From positions 7,626,001 through 7,690,000 of the forward strand of contig OX597829.1 of assembly GCA_951406725.2 (NCBI GenBank): a DNA stretch of 64,000 nucleotides, read 5' to 3'. Positions 39,711 through 52,514 of the stretch are shown here, one piece after another (the stretch's first letter is position 1; every line of letters starts with the position of its first letter). The stretch is from Octopus vulgaris (lineage: Eukaryota). The notes beneath the pieces are model-generated. The model had not been told where the DNA came from. It saw only the letters and a list, made by a program, of their open reading frames with translations, and did not search any database. The translations under genes were made by a program, and so were the position numbers.

Positions 39711-40489
39711 ACTTCACTATCCGTATGCACTTTTCTGCTATAATGCTTCTATCATTAGAGATAAGCTTAACACGTCCAGTTTGACACACCTCAAGAAGTA
39801 GCTGCTTGCTGTGGAAACTCAACGAATAACAGATCACAAGAATAACCTAAATAATCTACGCTTGGAGGGAGTACTTCTTCTCTGGATGATTACTTAACAC
39901 AAACAATTGTATGTGCGTGTGTGTATGCTTGTACACACGTATATCATCTGCATAGCATATTCATCAATCAAATATACACTATACACACACACACACATAT
40001 ATACATAGCTGATGTATTTTTGAGGGTGCATGACCTAGCGATTGTGATTTCAATTCCAAGGCCAGGTGGTGTGGTTGTGTTCTTGAGCAAAACACTTCAT
40101 CTCACATTGCTCTGTAATTACTTCAGAAGCTGACACGTGGTAGACAGTGCAACTGTTCAGACAACGTCTGTTTGATGAAGAGAGTAGGCTAATGTGTAGC
40201 ATGTACATTTGATCACTTAAACAAATCACTTGAGCAGGCCATTCAACAAAAGCTGAACATTCATACCCGTCATCTTTGATGCAAGAGTCTGTCATACACA
40301 TACACACTTAACTATATATATCATATCATCATCTTACATCCTGTTTCCATGCATTCCTGAGATGGGCGGGTTGTTCCTCCTCTCCTAGATGGGTGGTCAT
40401 CAGGTCATCAGAACTAAGGAGCTTGCTTACAAGCTTAACAAGGCTCACTGGTCTACCCAACCTTGCACTTGACAGAATGTATTGAATGT

Positions 40490-40702
40490 GAGGCAGTGAG
40501 CTGGCAGAAATGCTTAGCGGCATTTTTTCTGGCTTTATGTTCTGCGTTCAAATTCCGCCGAGGTCGACTTTGCGTTTCATCCTTTCGGGGTCGATAAATT
40601 AAGTATGAGTTATGTACTGGGGTCGATGTAATCGACTTAATCCCTTTGTCTGTCCTTGTGTGTCCCCTCTATGTTTAGCCCCTTGTGGGCAATAAATAAA
40701 TA
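40490..40702 (+). mobile_element. Young SINE with 16-bp TSD
   Basis: AGAATGTATTGAATGT at 40474-40489 and 40703-40718; central GACTTTGCGTTTCATCCTTTCGGGGTCGATAAATTAAGT segment (resembles the MetaSINE-type domain, from memory); AATA tail. Confidence 0.9.
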
Positions 40703-40759
40703 AGAATGTATTGAATGTAATTTGTCATACCAGCACTAGACAGGTATCACAAAGGAAAT

Positions 40760-42130
40760 GCCTTAGACAGAAATAATTACAAAGGCATCACCTGGATCAG
40801 GTAATGAAAGTTATAGAAAGAGTCATAGATCAATTAATTAGGAAGAGAGTTAGCATAGATGAGATGCAGTTTGGATTTGTGCCAGGCAGAAGCACTAATG
40901 ATGCCATCTTCCTAATGAGGCAACTGCAAGAGAAACACCTGACCAACAATAAACTCTGTATCTGGTTTTAGTTGATATGGTGGTCGAAGCTTTTAACAGG
41001 GATCTCTGCTACTCCCTATCTTGTAGGCAATGTGGAAGAGTGGTTGGTGACAGCTGTAAAAGCCATGTGCAGGGATGCTACCAGTAAGGTGGACGTTGCC
41101 AATAAGTATAGCAAGGAATTTAGTGTACAAGTAGCAGTCCACCAGTGATCAGTTCTTGCACCACCCCGCTCTGGTTTATCATAATCTTCCATGCTAAAAC
41201 AAGAATTTAAGACTGGTGGACCAATGACTTTATTCTTGTCACAGAATCACTGCCAGATCTAAAGAAGAAATTTCTGGTTTGGAAGCAAGGTCTGGAATCA
41301 AAGGGCCTTAGTGCTAATTTAGCAAAGACTAAAGTCCTAATAAGTAGGAAAACAGTCAAATCACAGATGACTTCAGGGCAATGGCCCTGCTCAATATGTA
41401 GAAAAGGTGTCAAGAAAAACTCCATACGGTATACCCAGTGCAAGTCATGGACACATAAGAGGTGCAGTGGCATCACTGGAAGATTAACAGAGAAAGTAGT
41501 CTTTACATTTGGGAGATGTGCAGGGACATTAAACACCAGGAATGTACAAAAAAAATAGACTCCCTCAAATGACATTGAGGATCCTTAAAAGTAGTAAACA
41601 GTCTCTGTTACTTAGGTGACCAAGTTAGCAGTGGTGGAGGTTGTTCTGAAAGCATAGCTGTGAGAATGCTCTATTAGTAACAGAAGGCTTCTTCCTTACT
41701 GTAAAAGGCAGATTATATGCCTGTGTATGAAAAGCTATGCTACATGGCAGTGAGATATGGACAGTGAGTACTGAAGGCATAAGAAGGCTTGAAATAAATG
41801 AAACCCATATGCTCTACTCAATGGGTAATGTTAGTGTGCATATCCAACAAAGTGTAAGTGATTTGATAGAAAAACTGAGTATACGAGGCATTAGGTGTAG
41901 TGTAGAAGAGAGAAGACTGCACTGTCACAGTCACATAATGCATACGAATGAAGGTAGGTGCCTCAAGATGTCATGATCACTAACTGTGGTGGCAACATGT
42001 GGAAGGGGTAGGCCTAAGAAGACATGGGACATTGTGGTGAGAAAGGAGCTCCAGATGTTGAGCTTCACAGAGGTGATGACAAGGGACTGAGACTTCTGAC
42101 GGTTTGCCATGCTTGGGAACACATGTCAAG
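40760..42130 (+). mobile_element. RTE-type LINE (RT to C-terminus), decayed, with a Cys/His finger inside ORF2
   Basis: MQFGFVPGRSTNDAIFLMRQLQEKHL; WPCSICRKGV...CKSWTHKRCSG; CYLGD; MLHGSEIW; GRGRPKKTW. Confidence 0.9.
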
Positions 42131-42404
42131 CTAAGAAAAATCCAGATTGTTCTGGCATACAGGTTTGATCCCTGCATCCCTCTCTAGCTGAGCATTCCTA
42201 ATCTTTTGGGCTTGTAGGTGCTGGTGTCACATAAAAGTATCCATGCGGATGCTGTGTGAGAGCACCAGGTATGCTCTGTAAAGTGGCTGGCATTAGGAAA
42301 GCATCCAGCTGTAGAAAGCACGCCAGAATAGGGATGGAGCCTGGACAGATTCTGCCAGCATGGGTTAGAGCAATAGGAGTACAATTCCCCCACCACCAAC
42401 ACAA

Positions 42405-42930
42405 AAAAATGCCAGTGTAAATACACTGGGAGTTGTGCAAGGAGCATGGGCTAGAATGTTCCAACAAGTGGTATGAAAATCAACCTTTGCCAATAGCAGA
42501 GTATCATCAGGCGAAACTCATATTGGATATGGCAAAATACACAGACAAGAAGCTGCAACATAACCAGTCACTCTCCTATTGAAGGAGTCCAAAAAAATGG
42601 ACCTTCTAATCTGCTATAACTGCAGATTAGAATATTGTGTAGAGAGAGGATGAGAAAGGTGTGACATACCAAGACCTAGGATTGGAAGTGAAAAGAATCC
42701 ATAGAGTGTGGTATCTATTCTGATCAGTGTACTTGGGACCATCTCAAGAAAGCAATATTCTGGCATAAAAAACTGCAAATATCAAACTTTATAGGAAGTA
42801 TTCAGTCAGTAACATAACTTGGAACACTTGTTGAGGCAAGTGTTGTGTCTGCAAGCCACAGGATGGAGCTGAGACATGACACAGATAAATCAGGAAAAGT
42901 TAGAGGAATAATAATAATAATAATAATAAT
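42405..42930 (+). mobile_element. R4/Dong-type C-terminal fragment with (AAT)n tail
   Basis: IHWELCKEHGLECSNKWYENQP...TDKKLQHN and YQDLGLEVKRI; tail at 42908-42930. Confidence 0.75.
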
Positions 42931-43541
42931 GTAAAAAGTATAAACCACAGAATTATTAGTGCAAAATGAACTAAAAGGAGGAATGTAACATGCTACAATC
43001 CTCCATACTCCTTACAAGTTAGAATAAACATAAGGCATTTTTTAAATATGATTAGAACAAAATTCTCCACCACAGAAGAGATACTACCATCTTTTAACAC
43101 ATTGTAAAACATTCTTATTGCACTACTCCGAACTGCTGCCTGTATTTTAAACTTAATAGAGGCAATAATGATAAAACAAACAAGAATTTATCAAATATGG
43201 AAAATGATATTAATGAAAGCCATGGTAATCATTTCACAACTCATTAATTTAAGATGATTCTCAGAACAAACCAATAAAAACAACATAAGCAATGTGTTTA
43301 GCTGGCAATAAAATACAGTGCCTGTCATATTTGGTAAAAATAAAGAAACTTTATTTACTGCAAATATTTTACGCCAATTATCATCTACCAACAGTCAAAT
43401 TAATATGAGAGTTTCTAGAAATAGATGCAATTGTAGAATTTGTTCATCAATATTCCCTTAAGGAATATTAGCTCAGGAAAATTGTCTTATTGGGATGTAA
43501 TATCAATAGCCATAATGCAATTAGGCAATAAACAGGATTTA

Positions 43542-44323
43542 CAGGGTGCGATGGGTAAATTGTTGGCTTTTATATTTTTAATTTCGTGCATGCACACTGT
43601 TTGTTTTCATTGACTACACATTATAGTAGGGTCAGTTGGGCACTATCTGTGGGAAAAACAGCACCATGAGGCAGTTCACTCTACCAGAAGTTTGGAAACA
43701 ACATGCTGTACTGCTTTGCTTTTGCGCCGGAAGCTCCAGTACAAACAGATGGTGAACACACAGAACAACTGTTGGCCTGCTGTGTCCCCAAAACATATAC
43801 AGAGAGTGATAAAAATCAAGAATCCAGTCAACATTATGGTGTTTGGAGAGATCACCAGTGGTGGCAACATTATGCCTCCATTCATCTTCCCACATGGCTT
43901 CAGACTCAACACAGAGGCCTACATCATTGGCTGAAGGGTGTTATGCTGGAGGATTCTGCATCGTGCCACACAAGCAGAAGAGCCCAGTCATGGCTGTCAG
44001 ACAATTTCTGCAACCACATCACCCCTAACATCTGGTCACCTAATGCCCCAGACTGCAACCCCTTTGATTATTATGTGCGGGGCACAGCTGAGCGAGAGAC
44101 CAACAAAATTCCTTGTAACACCAAAGATGAATTGAAGGCAAAGATTCTGAAGTCATCTGGTTGCTGTGGTTGATGGCAATGGTGATTTTATTGAATAAAT
44201 TTACTCTTTAGAATTTCAAGATATTTTTATATAATTTTGGTAAATATATATGATAAAATGAGATGTCAGTGTTATCTTCATTTTTGAATAATTTAGATGA
44301 CAATATATATTCATTACACCCTG
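43542..44323 (+). mobile_element. Tc1/mariner DD37D (maT-type) transposon, internally deleted
   Basis: TA|CAGGGTG...CACCCTG|TA. Transposase pieces IMVFGEITSGG and EDSASCHTS...WSPNAPDCNPFDYY, with 37 residues between the last two catalytic D. Confidence 0.9.
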
Positions 44324-45999
44324 TATATCTGTTTCCAAAATCAGATATTCCTCACATACACAGTTTTTCTAATCCCAAATAAAAGCAGTCAGCATTGCTT
44401 ATGGAATTTTAAATCTAAAGCTAACAAATTTGAATTTGATTCAGATTTTTAAAGTTCAGTGGAACTATATATGATGGTGAAAGGCGTTAATGCTATTTTT
44501 GCATATGCGACTTGTACAAAGCCTACAAACAAGCAACAGCTAATTAAATAAGATGAATGAGACTCAAGTTAATTGCAATCATAAAGTATTTAAACATGAA
44601 ATGATTGCATAGCTAGAAATCTTGATAATGGCATTTCAATTCCCACAGCAAATATATCAAAATTACTGCCCTAATCAAATTAAACAGTTGGTATTTAGAA
44701 TTATTGAGTTAAATTTTTCACACGTAAAACTTACCATAATGCAACAATAATGAAAAAAGAAAGAAAAGCTAATTCTATTTCATATTATAACTGAAGATAT
44801 ACTACCCTCAAGAAAATCTGTCTTGTAGACACACTAATATATTTTACAAATATAGATTTCCTTTATTTTTATGTATTTATGACCATAATTTATATCTGGT
44901 TCTTAGTCTTTCTTGGTCACTAATTACCATGCTTAATTTATTTCTGTAATAGTTGCAAAATGCATTTATTTTTATAATATATATATATAGTCCAATGTCA
45001 ACAAACTTTGACTCATAACTACTTATTAATATCCATCTTGCATTGCTAGATTACTGATTCAATTTTATACTTTTCTATGTAGATGTGCCTCAAATCACAA
45101 AATAATAAGAATGTAACAAGTTAGGGGTCAGATAATTGTTCAAGTAACCTTCTGCTAGGAACTCTTGCAGTGACTCATTTGGTAACCATTTTAAAATCTA
45201 TGAAGTAATCACAGAACAATATTACGAGGTTCTTTCCAGTGTAGAGAAATACAACAAACCACATCATCTTTCTAAGCAACTGTGGTATCAGATGACATCC
45301 ACAATATTTCTCTGTATAACTCTTACTTGCCACTCTTGACTGGAAGATAAATGGTGCTTTATTCAGAATGACAACTCTCTCTCTCTCACACTCTCGCCCC
45401 ACCCCATTCAACATGCATACATATAGAAATGCGGGCTTGTGATGAATGATGTCGAAACAATGTGTGTACATCTTCAAAAGAATAAATTGTACAGTTGTGA
45501 TGTTTTACTTGACTGCCTAATGAAGTGTATATGTTTCAACACACAACATTTAATTCTTCTTTTCTTGATGCCAGGGCAGCAACACAAACGTAAACATGAA
45601 CGGTTGTTTTCATATGTGACTTACCTTTGAAGTAATTGGATCAAAATAATAGAATGCAATGTTGGTGCTATATTATTGAGTGAACATATGTACAGGTAGA
45701 ATTCTTGATTGAATGGGAAGTTTTGAAAACAGACAAAAATAGTTCTTTTTTTTTGTATGGAACATGACTTCATAGTCACGTGCCTCCGAGTTCAATGCCA
45801 CAGTACAACATCTTAAATCAATATAAGTATAAAATTGGAGAAAGTGTGTAAAGGCCGATAGTATTGTACCTATTAAGTTGTCATCTCTGTTACATAACAT
45901 TATTAACTGATCCTTGGATGATTTTAGTCAAGCTTATTCTGTCTCAAGTATTCAGATCAAGTTTTTTTTGGTGAGAGAAAAACTCAGAATTTTCCTTAA

Positions 46000-47085
46000 T
46001 CCTTTCGTTACTATATTTCTGACCAAAATACACCCCTTATGTGTTTCAATTAATTTCTAACATAATCATAAATTTAGTCTGGTTTCATTAAACAACTATA
46101 ACTTTTTTATTTATCAATATATTTAATGATTTTTGGAAGATAATTTAATGAAATGTTCTCAACCAATTCTATACTATAATTTTTGTCACAAAGTGACTCT
46201 AATTGCAGGTAGATACAGGTAAATTCAACAAAATATGAAATTATTAAAATTTTGTTCAAACATCGCTATAGAAAATGGGTTATTAGCTAATATTCAATTG
46301 GGTATACAACAAAATTTTACAATAGAATTTGTTATTTTGGGTAACATTCTGATACCCATAATAATATTTATGGCAAAATAGTCTTAATTTCATTTAAGGT
46401 TGTGGGAAACCACAAACTATCCTTTCTTTCGTTTTGTTTACATTTAGCGTAACGGTTCGTTTCCGCCGTAATGATTTCAAATAGGCTCATTCGAAAAAGT
46501 AAAAAGAAATAGTCTAAGGCTTTACTCTCCTGGGAAAGTCTGTGGCTTGGTCCAGTTTCTTCAGAAAAATCACCGAAAGAAACAGTTTTTAAATTTTCAC
46601 TCCATTCAGGTGCCAATTCATTTTCTTTATCGCTGTCGGAGCTCTCGGATTCACTGTTTTCACTTTCAGAAAATGAAACATCAGATTCATTATCAAATAC
46701 CACGTGCTTTTTTTTTTCAGTCATAGATTTAAATTTATGAAGGTCTTCAGTAGAAAATCTTTCGAATTCTGACTCGCTGCTTGATATAATGAAATTCATA
46801 TCCATTTTTTGTCAGAATTACAAATTTTGAAAACACAATAGGAACAAATTTCAGAAAAAAATCTCCCAAAATTCACGGAATTAAAATTACACTTCGATTG
46901 TTGTACAAAACTGTAGATGAACTGTTTACGAAGTATAATCATGTGTTTTCACGAATGTACTAAAGAGATTTGCTCTGATATTCTCATTTAAATATGAATA
47001 GGTAAATACAGGCGGGTTTGGGCTGTTTGGTCACATTAACCAAAATTTTTTTCGGGCGGCTTTGGGTGGTTTGGTAACGAAAGGG
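46000..47085 (-). mobile_element. Internally deleted piggyBac element
   Basis: TTAA|TCCTTTCGTTAC...GTAACGAAAGGG|TTAA. ORF 46368-46805 has an acidic N-terminus plus FSEETGP..LDYFFLLF..LFEII.AETNRYA..WFPTTLNEIK (piggyBac transposase N-terminal part); the catalytic core is absent. Confidence 0.92.
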
Positions 47086-48628
47086 TTAATGTGGTGCTTT
47101 TACTGTTATGACCAATGACCTGAAATTTCTTCTTCCTTTTCTTTCAAGTAATGTTTCTAGCCTCAGCAAAAAGTCATGCGTGTTACACTTATTCTGCTCA
47201 ACCAGAAAAAAATTATCGTGCATATTCTTTTTAGGTGCTTTGCCTTTTTTTTTAATTGACTAACCTAACTTAGAAATGCAAATACAATTTAGTTATTGCT
47301 TTTTGAAACGGAAACAGTAACATCTGTCTGAATGGGTTACAATTAAGAATAATGGTGATTCTAAAAGATGCAATTCCAGTTTGTAAAGCTCCAAGGCAAA
47401 TTATGTTATTGAAAAAGCTTTTTTGATGATAGGTTTTATAATATGCATACAAAAATTGTAAACCATAAGATACCTGTGTTCAAAGGTAAGAAAGTATCAT
47501 GAAAGTAATACCTAAGTACAAAAGAGATAGAGATAGATAGAGAGAGTAAGAGAGAGATACAGAGAGGGGGTAAAGAGACAGAGACAAATAAATAAGTTTT
47601 GTAGCTTTAAATTTATGAATAGGTAAATTAAATCCTCTAATATGTAATTATTGATTTTCCCTTTGTTATTAAAAAGTATGAAGACATATGAAGACACTTG
47701 GTCCTAATAACATCACACAAAAGGGGGACACTGAAGCTTGAAACAAAATGTTGATTGGGTATTCTAAACCTGAGATGACTCCAGGTGTCTTCAAAGAACT
47801 AGTAGAAAACATATCAAATTTCAAAGCAGTACAAAAAATGTTGGGTTGCTGGTGAAGGTTCTGGCAGAGTTGTTAAAAGGTTGGATTAAAAAGGTGGAAG
47901 TGGGAGAGAGAGAGAGAGAGAGAGAGAGGAGAAACTCCAGCAGATAAGTGGATGCATTGTTGGCAGGGGTATGGGGTAGAGTAATTAGTAATGGAATGAG
48001 AGAGAGTTGTGAAGAGAAAGAAATAGCTTATTGATGAACAGTTGAACACTGGTGTTGGCAGGAGGGTTGAAAAATAAATATGTGAAAAAAGTGTTGACAG
48101 AAGATAGGACAAAAATACAAAAGAATAGGTCAAAAAGAGAATCTAGAAACATGTCAACTGAAATATATAGCAATAAATTAATACATAAATGAATAAACCC
48201 TTAAAAATTACAATGATCTATTGAAAAAAATATATTCTCAGGGGGCTCCACATTCAAGAAACACACTAGGACAAGAGTTCAAAATATGGAGCATGACATT
48301 AACATTAAATATGCAAGTGTGTGTGTGTGTGTACACACTCATCATCATCACTTAACATTTGTTTTTCATGCTAGCATTGGTTGGATGGTTTGACTGGCCA
48401 CTGGTAAGGATGCACACCATATCAATCTCCACTGTCTGTTCTGGCATGGTTTCTACTGCTGGAAGCCCTTCCAGATGCCTACCACTGCACAGAGGGAATT
48501 GGGTGCTTTTTAAGTGACAGCAGCACCATTGTGGACGAAACTTCTTGAGTATAGGAATACCTCAGATATCTTGGCCCTTAGTCATCTCCTTTGTAAAGCT
48601 CAGTGCCTAGAGATAGGCCTTCAATACA

Positions 48629-48677
<49 letters not shown>

Positions 48678-49099
48678 CATATATATACATACAAACACAC
48701 AGACACATGTATATATACATTCATATACATACACAAACTACACACACATACATATGTATGTATACACATGTTTGCATTTGAATTTCCAGGCAGAGAAAAA
48801 TCATCCTATACATGTAGAAAAGTATAACTTTTATCATTATATATATATACATATATTTCTCCAACAATGCCAGAATGGAAAGTGGATGTTAAACAATGAT
48901 GATGATGATGATGATGTCCATAAAGCCAAGTCTGACAGCAACTGGAGCATCAATTAAATGCATCTATGTTAATGAATGGAACTGTATGTAAACTTCATTT
49001 AGTTGGTGTCTTATTCAACAGGGATACGAAATGTGTAGTGTTGCAAGTTACATCAATAAATAGTTTTGAAATCCCACCATGACTTTCTGGATACAATGA

Positions 49100-49135
<36 letters not shown>

Positions 49136-50014
49136 ATACACACCCACACACACGTGTAGCTTTTTAGTCAGAACAAAAAAGCATATTATATATAATTAGG
49201 GAGGATACAGGGTATAATTTTAATACAATATTATAAAGTAAGAACTGTTTTCAACCAAAGTTACTGGTTGAAGTCATGTGAAATCTAAGAAGATTAAATA
49301 ACCATTTGATATGGTTCACTGGTAAAAGTATAACCAGGGTATTGCTCCAAACAATATAAGAATAGTCATGAGATAAGGGAGAAGGACAATGGTAAAAATA
49401 AGCTGCTAGTCTTCTGCCAAACAGGAACAAAGGAACAAGGGAGACATGCTTAGGTTAAAATATGTACAAAAGCACCAAGGCATTCAAAGTCAGAGTTATG
49501 TCCCTTAGTATAACTTGGCCGTCCCACAATAAAATCTCTTGTAAACTCAAATATATTGCAGCCTGAAGCATCATATGGTAGATATATAGGAGATAGATAG
49601 ATAAAGAGAGAGAGAGAAAGAAAGAAAGAGAGAGGACTATAATAAGGAGAATGAAGGAGGGAAAGGTGTAGGGGAATGCATTTATAATTTAGATGGAAAA
49701 ATAGAAATGTAAGAAAATTGAAGAAAAGCCAGAAATGTAATGAAGGAATAAGGGTCATAAAGAACTAGCGCTGTATGTTGCTGTTAGGAAGCTCTTGAAC
49801 ACACTGTCAAAATGTATTCGTGCTCATGAGGACAGAGATAAAATCTTGAGTTTTGGATGTTGAAAACGATGGAGAGAGAAAAACATATATGCACAAAAAA
49901 TACTTATTATCATCATTATTCTTACTTTAATTTCCCCTTTTCTATGCTTACATGGGTCAAATGGAATATGTTGCGACAGTTTTTTCTACACCTGGCTGTG
50001 CTTCCTAGAAATAT

Positions 50015-50246
50015 CTATTTCTTTATTGCCCTCAGGTGACTAAACATAGAACAGACAAACAAGGACAGACAAAGGGATTAAAGTTGATTACATTGACCCT
50101 AGTGCATAATTGGTACTAATTTAATTAACCCCGAAAAAATGGAAGGCAAAGTTTACCACGGTGGAATTTGAACTCAGAATGTAACAGCAGACAGAATACC
50201 ACTAAGTATTTTGCCAGCAGGCTAATGATTCTGCCACCTTGCCACA
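50015..50246 (-). mobile_element. SINE (family of 40490-40702) with degenerate TSD
   Basis: Reverse complement of 40490-40702; flanked by cttcctagaaatat / cttcctggagatat. Confidence 0.8.
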
Positions 50247-50266
50247 CTTCCTGGAGATATTACCAA

Positions 50267-50950
50267 GGTGCAAGAGTGGTTGTGTGTAAGAAGCTTGCTT
50301 CCCAACCACATGGTTTCGGGTTCAGTCCCGCTGTATGGTACCTTGGGCAAGTGTCTCCTACTATAGCCTCACACCAACCAAAGCCTTGTGAGTGGATTAG
50401 GTAGATGAAAACTGAAGAAGCCTGTCGTAACCCTGTCAGAGCAGGTGCCACTTAAAAGTACCCAGTCCTCACTGTGAAGTGGTTGCTGTTCAGAAGGGCA
50501 TCCAGCAGTAAACACCTTGCCAAAACTGACCTCACCTCTACTTGTGCCACATAAAACGCACTCAGGCCACTCTGCTGAGTGGTTGGTGTTAGGAAGGGCA
50601 TCCAGGTGTAAAAATCCTGCCAAAACAGTCATAGAAGTCTGGTGTAAACTTCAGCCTGGCTGGCCCTTGTGGTACTGTCCAACCCATGCTAGCATGGAAC
50701 ACGGATGTTAAATGATGATGATGATGATGATGATGATGTGTGTGTGTGTGTGTGTGTCCGTGTTTGTCCCCCCAACCATTGGTTGACAACTGATGTTGAT
50801 GTGTTTACGTCTCTGTAACTTAGCAGTTTGGCAAAAGAGACTGATAGAATAAGTACTAAGCTTACAAAGAACAAGTCCTGGGGTCGAATTGTCTGACTAA
50901 AAGGTGATACTCCAGCATGGCAGCAGTCAGATGACTGAAACAAGTAAAAG
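50267..50950 (+). mobile_element. SINE (family of 59213-59575) interrupted at ~50430-50737 by a (GAT)n-tailed element
   Basis: Head at 50267-50428 and tail at 50740-50950 are co-linear with the reverse complement of 59213-59575; the insert ends ccaacccatgctagcatggaa...(gat)n. Confidence 0.8.
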
Positions 50951-51240
50951 AGAGTAAGGTAATGTTTCACATGGCCAGACTCACTCTTCAGGAAACAATG
51001 GAAATGAACAACAGCACCTGTATGACAGAAACGTGCAATCACAGCCATAAAAACAGGCATAACTGTACATGTGTGCGTGATCCCCACACACACACACAAT
51101 TATACAAGATGAACTTGATGACCCTGCCAGTGCTACTGATATCTTTTGCTAAACTAAGTTATGGGTACGTAAACAAACCAACACAGGTTGTCAAGCAGTG
51201 GGGAGGGGACAAACACAAAAAAATGCACACACATACAAAC

Positions 51241-51629
51241 ATCATCATCATCATCAATGGAACTTACCATGCTACGCCAGACTTCACGGTCCATCATAGC
51301 ATTACGGAGGTCCTGTTGCTGGATGCCTGTATCCCTGGAGATTACATCAGGGTAGGAGAGTGTGCACCCTCTGGTATCGCGAGCAGATGGCTTCCAGAGG
51401 AGAAGAGTAGAAATTACCTCGTTTTCAGCTCTACAACAATGTCCAGCAAACTGGACTCTTCTACCTTTCACAGGAGATGATACAGGTGGTAGTTTCCCAT
51501 ATATTTGTATTTTGGTCGGATGATGCTTCCACGAGAGATTTTGAGCTCTCATAAGGAGGCCGAGTGTAAGTTCCATCCAACCGCCTCTCAAACTTCTTTG
51601 AGAGAAGATCTGGCTATGTTTGTTTCTTA
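51241..51629 (-). mobile_element. RTE-type LINE 3' end with (GAT)n tail
   Basis: LMRAQNLSWKHHPTKIQIYGKLPPVSS..GRRVQFAGHC...LLLWKP...AMMDREVWRSMV followed by (gat)n. Confidence 0.85.
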
Positions 51630-51945
51630 TCATCATCATCATCATCATCATCATTTAGCGTCCGTTTTCCATGCTAGCATGGGTTGGACGGTTCAACTGG
51701 GGTCTGGGGAGCCCGAAGGCTGCACCATGCCAGTCAGATCTGGCAGTGTTTCTACATCTGGATGCCCTTCCTAACGCCAACCACTCCGAGAGTGTAGTGG
51801 GTGATTTTATGTGCCACCGACACAGGTGCCAGACGAGGCTGGCGAACAGCCATGCTCGGATGGTGTTTTTTATGTGCCACCGACACAGGTGCCAGATGAG
51901 GCTGGCGAACGGCCACGATCGGATGGTGTTTGTTACGTGCCTACA
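51630..51945 (-). mobile_element. (GAT)n-tailed retroelement 3' end with a 63-bp internal tandem repeat
   Basis: (cat)n-ttagcgtccgttttccatgctagcatgggttgg...ggatgcccttcctaacgcc; repeat units start at 51805, 51868 and 51931. Confidence 0.8.
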
Positions 51946-52514
51946 GCACAAACATATATGTATATATATTATATATATGTATGTGTGTGTGTGTGTGTGT
52001 GTGGGAGGTGTGTATATATATATATATATATTCAGCTATGACTGTTCATGGCTTGGTATGACTTGATAAGCTTTTTCCATAATGCTTGTTTCTTTGCTTG
52101 AGTTTGCCATTTATTATGATCAATTCCTTTCCCTTTCATATTCCTTTTTGCAGCATCTTTGAATCTCAGACTAGGTCTTGCATGGTTTCTTTTTCCCTTG
52201 CATAGTTGAGAGTAACGGATTTATCTAGGGAGTCTGTTGTTGTCCATCCTGTGTGTGTGACCCTACCAATGTAAATTTCTATCTATGAAGATTTCCATCA
52301 TAGGAGGCAGACAGCCACACCATAGGATCTTTTCATTGCTGATCTTGTCAAATAGAGTAACATTCATGATTTGTCACAACTGTCTCATCATACATGTACG
52401 TAGCTTGTCAACTTGAGCTTTATAGACTGTTCAAGTACCAGCTCCTTATAGCAGGGAAGAAAGCATTATAACCTGGTACACTTTAGATTTGACACGTATG
52501 GAAACGTGTGTATA

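Noticed and set aside
49240-49285. Hammerhead-like motif (8-bp stem TTCAACCA/TGGTTGAA); similar case at 23424-23475
   Set aside because: The CUGANGA core is not preserved; too degenerate to call without a family consensus.
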